DNA of 64,000 nt. Source: Pecten maximus. Lineage: Eukaryota. The DNA lies in assembly GCF_902652985.1 (NCBI RefSeq), contig NC_047028.1, positions 30,752,001-30,816,000 on the forward strand. Reading direction: 5' to 3'. This document shows, piece after piece, positions 62,198 to 64,000 of the stretch. The translations under genes and the position numbers were made by a program. The notes under the pieces are model-generated. The model saw only the letters and a list, made by a program, of their open reading frames with translations. It was not told the DNA's origin and searched no databases. The first letter of the stretch is position 1, and each line of letters starts with the position of its first letter.

Positions 62198-63061
62198 ATG
62201 GACAGGCAGTATATTTACACAATAGGAACTGTGGCAGAGTTGGATAAATCGACAGAAGAATGTCGAATAAACGAGGCTACGGTGACGGAGCTTGACTTCG
62301 GCCGTTCATCCCTAAAATTATCTACAAGCAATGATACGAAAAAAACAAAAGAAAACAAATGTGATGTTTGCAGCAAAGTGTATAAACAAAAAAGTCATCT
62401 GCTGCGGCATAAGAGATCAGCTCACGAGGATTTAAAGTTTACCTGCTCTATTTGCGAGGTAAGTTTCAATAGAAAAGACAACTTTACTAGGCATATGAAT
62501 CAACACAAAGATAACAAATTCTCCGTGAAAAGAAAGCCGGATGATATGAGCGACTCCATTAGTAAGAAAGCTCATAGGTTACTAGAGACTGACGAAAACG
62601 AAGGAGGAACACCGAACGACACGACTGACGAAGAAAACGGAGGAACATCGAATGTGGTACATACCGGAAAGTGTGTATGTTGTTCAAGAACAAAACCTTT
62701 ATTATCAGGAAAGAGATTATGTGCGCCTTGTGGAGTTCAAGGGAGAAAATGTAATTGGTGCCACTGTCATCTCCCAGAAGGTTTCCATGGTGACGGTACT
62801 GATGTCTGTGATAGATGCTTGAAGAGACGAGAAACTTGGAAAACTCGCAATCAACGAGATGTCGGTATTTCCGCACTTGAGGGATCTGCCCGGACTGAAG
62901 TGATGGAACCTAGTCCAGGAAATGTATGGAACGTTCTCCAGTTTTTTATGGACAATCAAATGACAATAACAAAAATATTGGAAGAGAGGCTGCAAAACTC
63001 GAAAGGTATGAAATGGTCCATGATGCTTATTGTGAAGTACAGTATTATGAGAATAAGGTAG
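62198..63061 (+). pseudogene. C2H2 zinc-finger and Cys-rich ORF; probable 5' part of a disrupted Maverick/Polinton-like PolB gene
   Basis: CDVCSKVYKQKSHLLRHKRSAH, CSICEVSFNRKDNFTRHMNQH and four CxxC pairs; intronless; runs into PolB-like remnants. Confidence 0.7.
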
Positions 63062-63860
63062 CTGTCTAGGCTGAGCCAACATAATAAAAACATGTAGATC
63101 TATCATTTTCCATGTTCAGATGTCTCACAAATAGTAAAACAATTAGCAGAAATCTTTCATTGCACAAATCTTATCAAAACTTTGAGATGGATGAAAATGG
63201 GTGGTCCATAGACAAAATATTGAAGTTAGAGGTCAGTTCGACCGAATATTCACCCCTGACTAGGAGTAGCTAGCTTGAGTTGTCCCCAAAAAATTCAAAA
63301 GAAAAACAAAATATTTTGAATTAATACAAACCAGAAATGCTTTTATGGTCTGTACTTGCTTCCCTAAACCCTGTTTCCAGAGAAGACCATCCATGTCATG
63401 TCCAAAACTACTTAAAATATGAAATATGAATTTCAGCGACAGAAGGACATTTCTGTGAACGTGTTTGGTCTACCGAAAGATGAAGTGTTTCCGTTACACA
63501 AAACAGAATTCAGAGAGGGTAGTAGTCAAAGCATGTTAATCTCCTACTCTTTTCTAAAGGGGACAGCCGACAAAAAGAAGAACAACAATGGATTTTTTTT
63601 AATCAAGTCAATAGAAAGCTCAAGGGCCCTTTTGCAATTTATGCTGACTCTGAGAATTGTGGTCACCCCTTTAGCACATACACGAACCCACTGGGTTTTG
63701 TTATATGGTAAAATACTCTAGTGATGAACTATCAAACCCTGCTAAAGTGTGCAGGGAATAAACGTTATGGATGATTTATTTGACAGCCTTTTAAGAGAGG
63801 AGGAAGAGATTTTCAAAATATTACAAAATGTTAGATATGAATCTGGCTGTGAACGAAGGA
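63062..63860 (+). pseudogene. Protein-primed family B DNA polymerase remnant (Maverick/Polinton/adintovirus-like)
   Basis: Motifs appear in order across stops and frameshifts: NGWSIDKILKLEV..YSPLTRSS*LEL, KCF/WSVLASLNPV, ISVNVFG..EVFPL, KLKGPFAIYADSE (ExoI YADFE-like, ~63616-63654), HEPTGFCYMV. Confidence 0.8.
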
Positions 63861-64000
63861 AATTTTTCAAAATGTAACAGAGTGTCGTGTTAACCAAAAT
63901 ATATTAGGAGTAGGTTGGGTTAGGGACTGGTAGTTATAGGATGTGAGTCACAGTAACCATAACTTTCAATATCAGTTTAGACAAGGTCACAAGGTTCAAG

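Overview
AT-rich, repeat-dense eukaryotic DNA. The SINE and HINE repertoire suggests a bivalve mollusc (inference). Bases ~1-37.9 kb hold no convincing coding exon and look like one long intron of a minus-strand gene whose first, non-coding exon lies at ~37918-38060. This stretch is packed with minisatellites, a 3.7-kb 50-bp satellite, Helentron-type non-autonomous elements (HINEs), tRNA-derived V- and CORE-type SINEs, MITEs and a decayed Penelope-type hammerhead. The main result is a plus-strand spliced gene (CDS 45428-53575, 8 coding exons, all GT-AG and phase-consistent, ~776 aa) that the ORF track shows only in pieces. The protein is largely low-complexity, with acidic, then basic, then acidic blocks. 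It carries one clear homology: the STAG/SA(Scc3)-binding segment of the cohesin kleisin Rad21 (LIIDNQKEI...[25 protein letters not shown]...LF). It lacks recognisable Smc3-binding N-terminal and Smc1-binding winged-helix domains, so it is a candidate 'kleisin decoy' or STAG adaptor. Two of its splice junctions are tandemly amplified (13 acceptors at one, 5 donors at another). The right end (~58.1-63.9 kb) is a decayed Maverick/Polinton-like element with C2H2 zinc-finger and protein-primed PolB remnants. All homology calls come from remembered sequences, not database searches.
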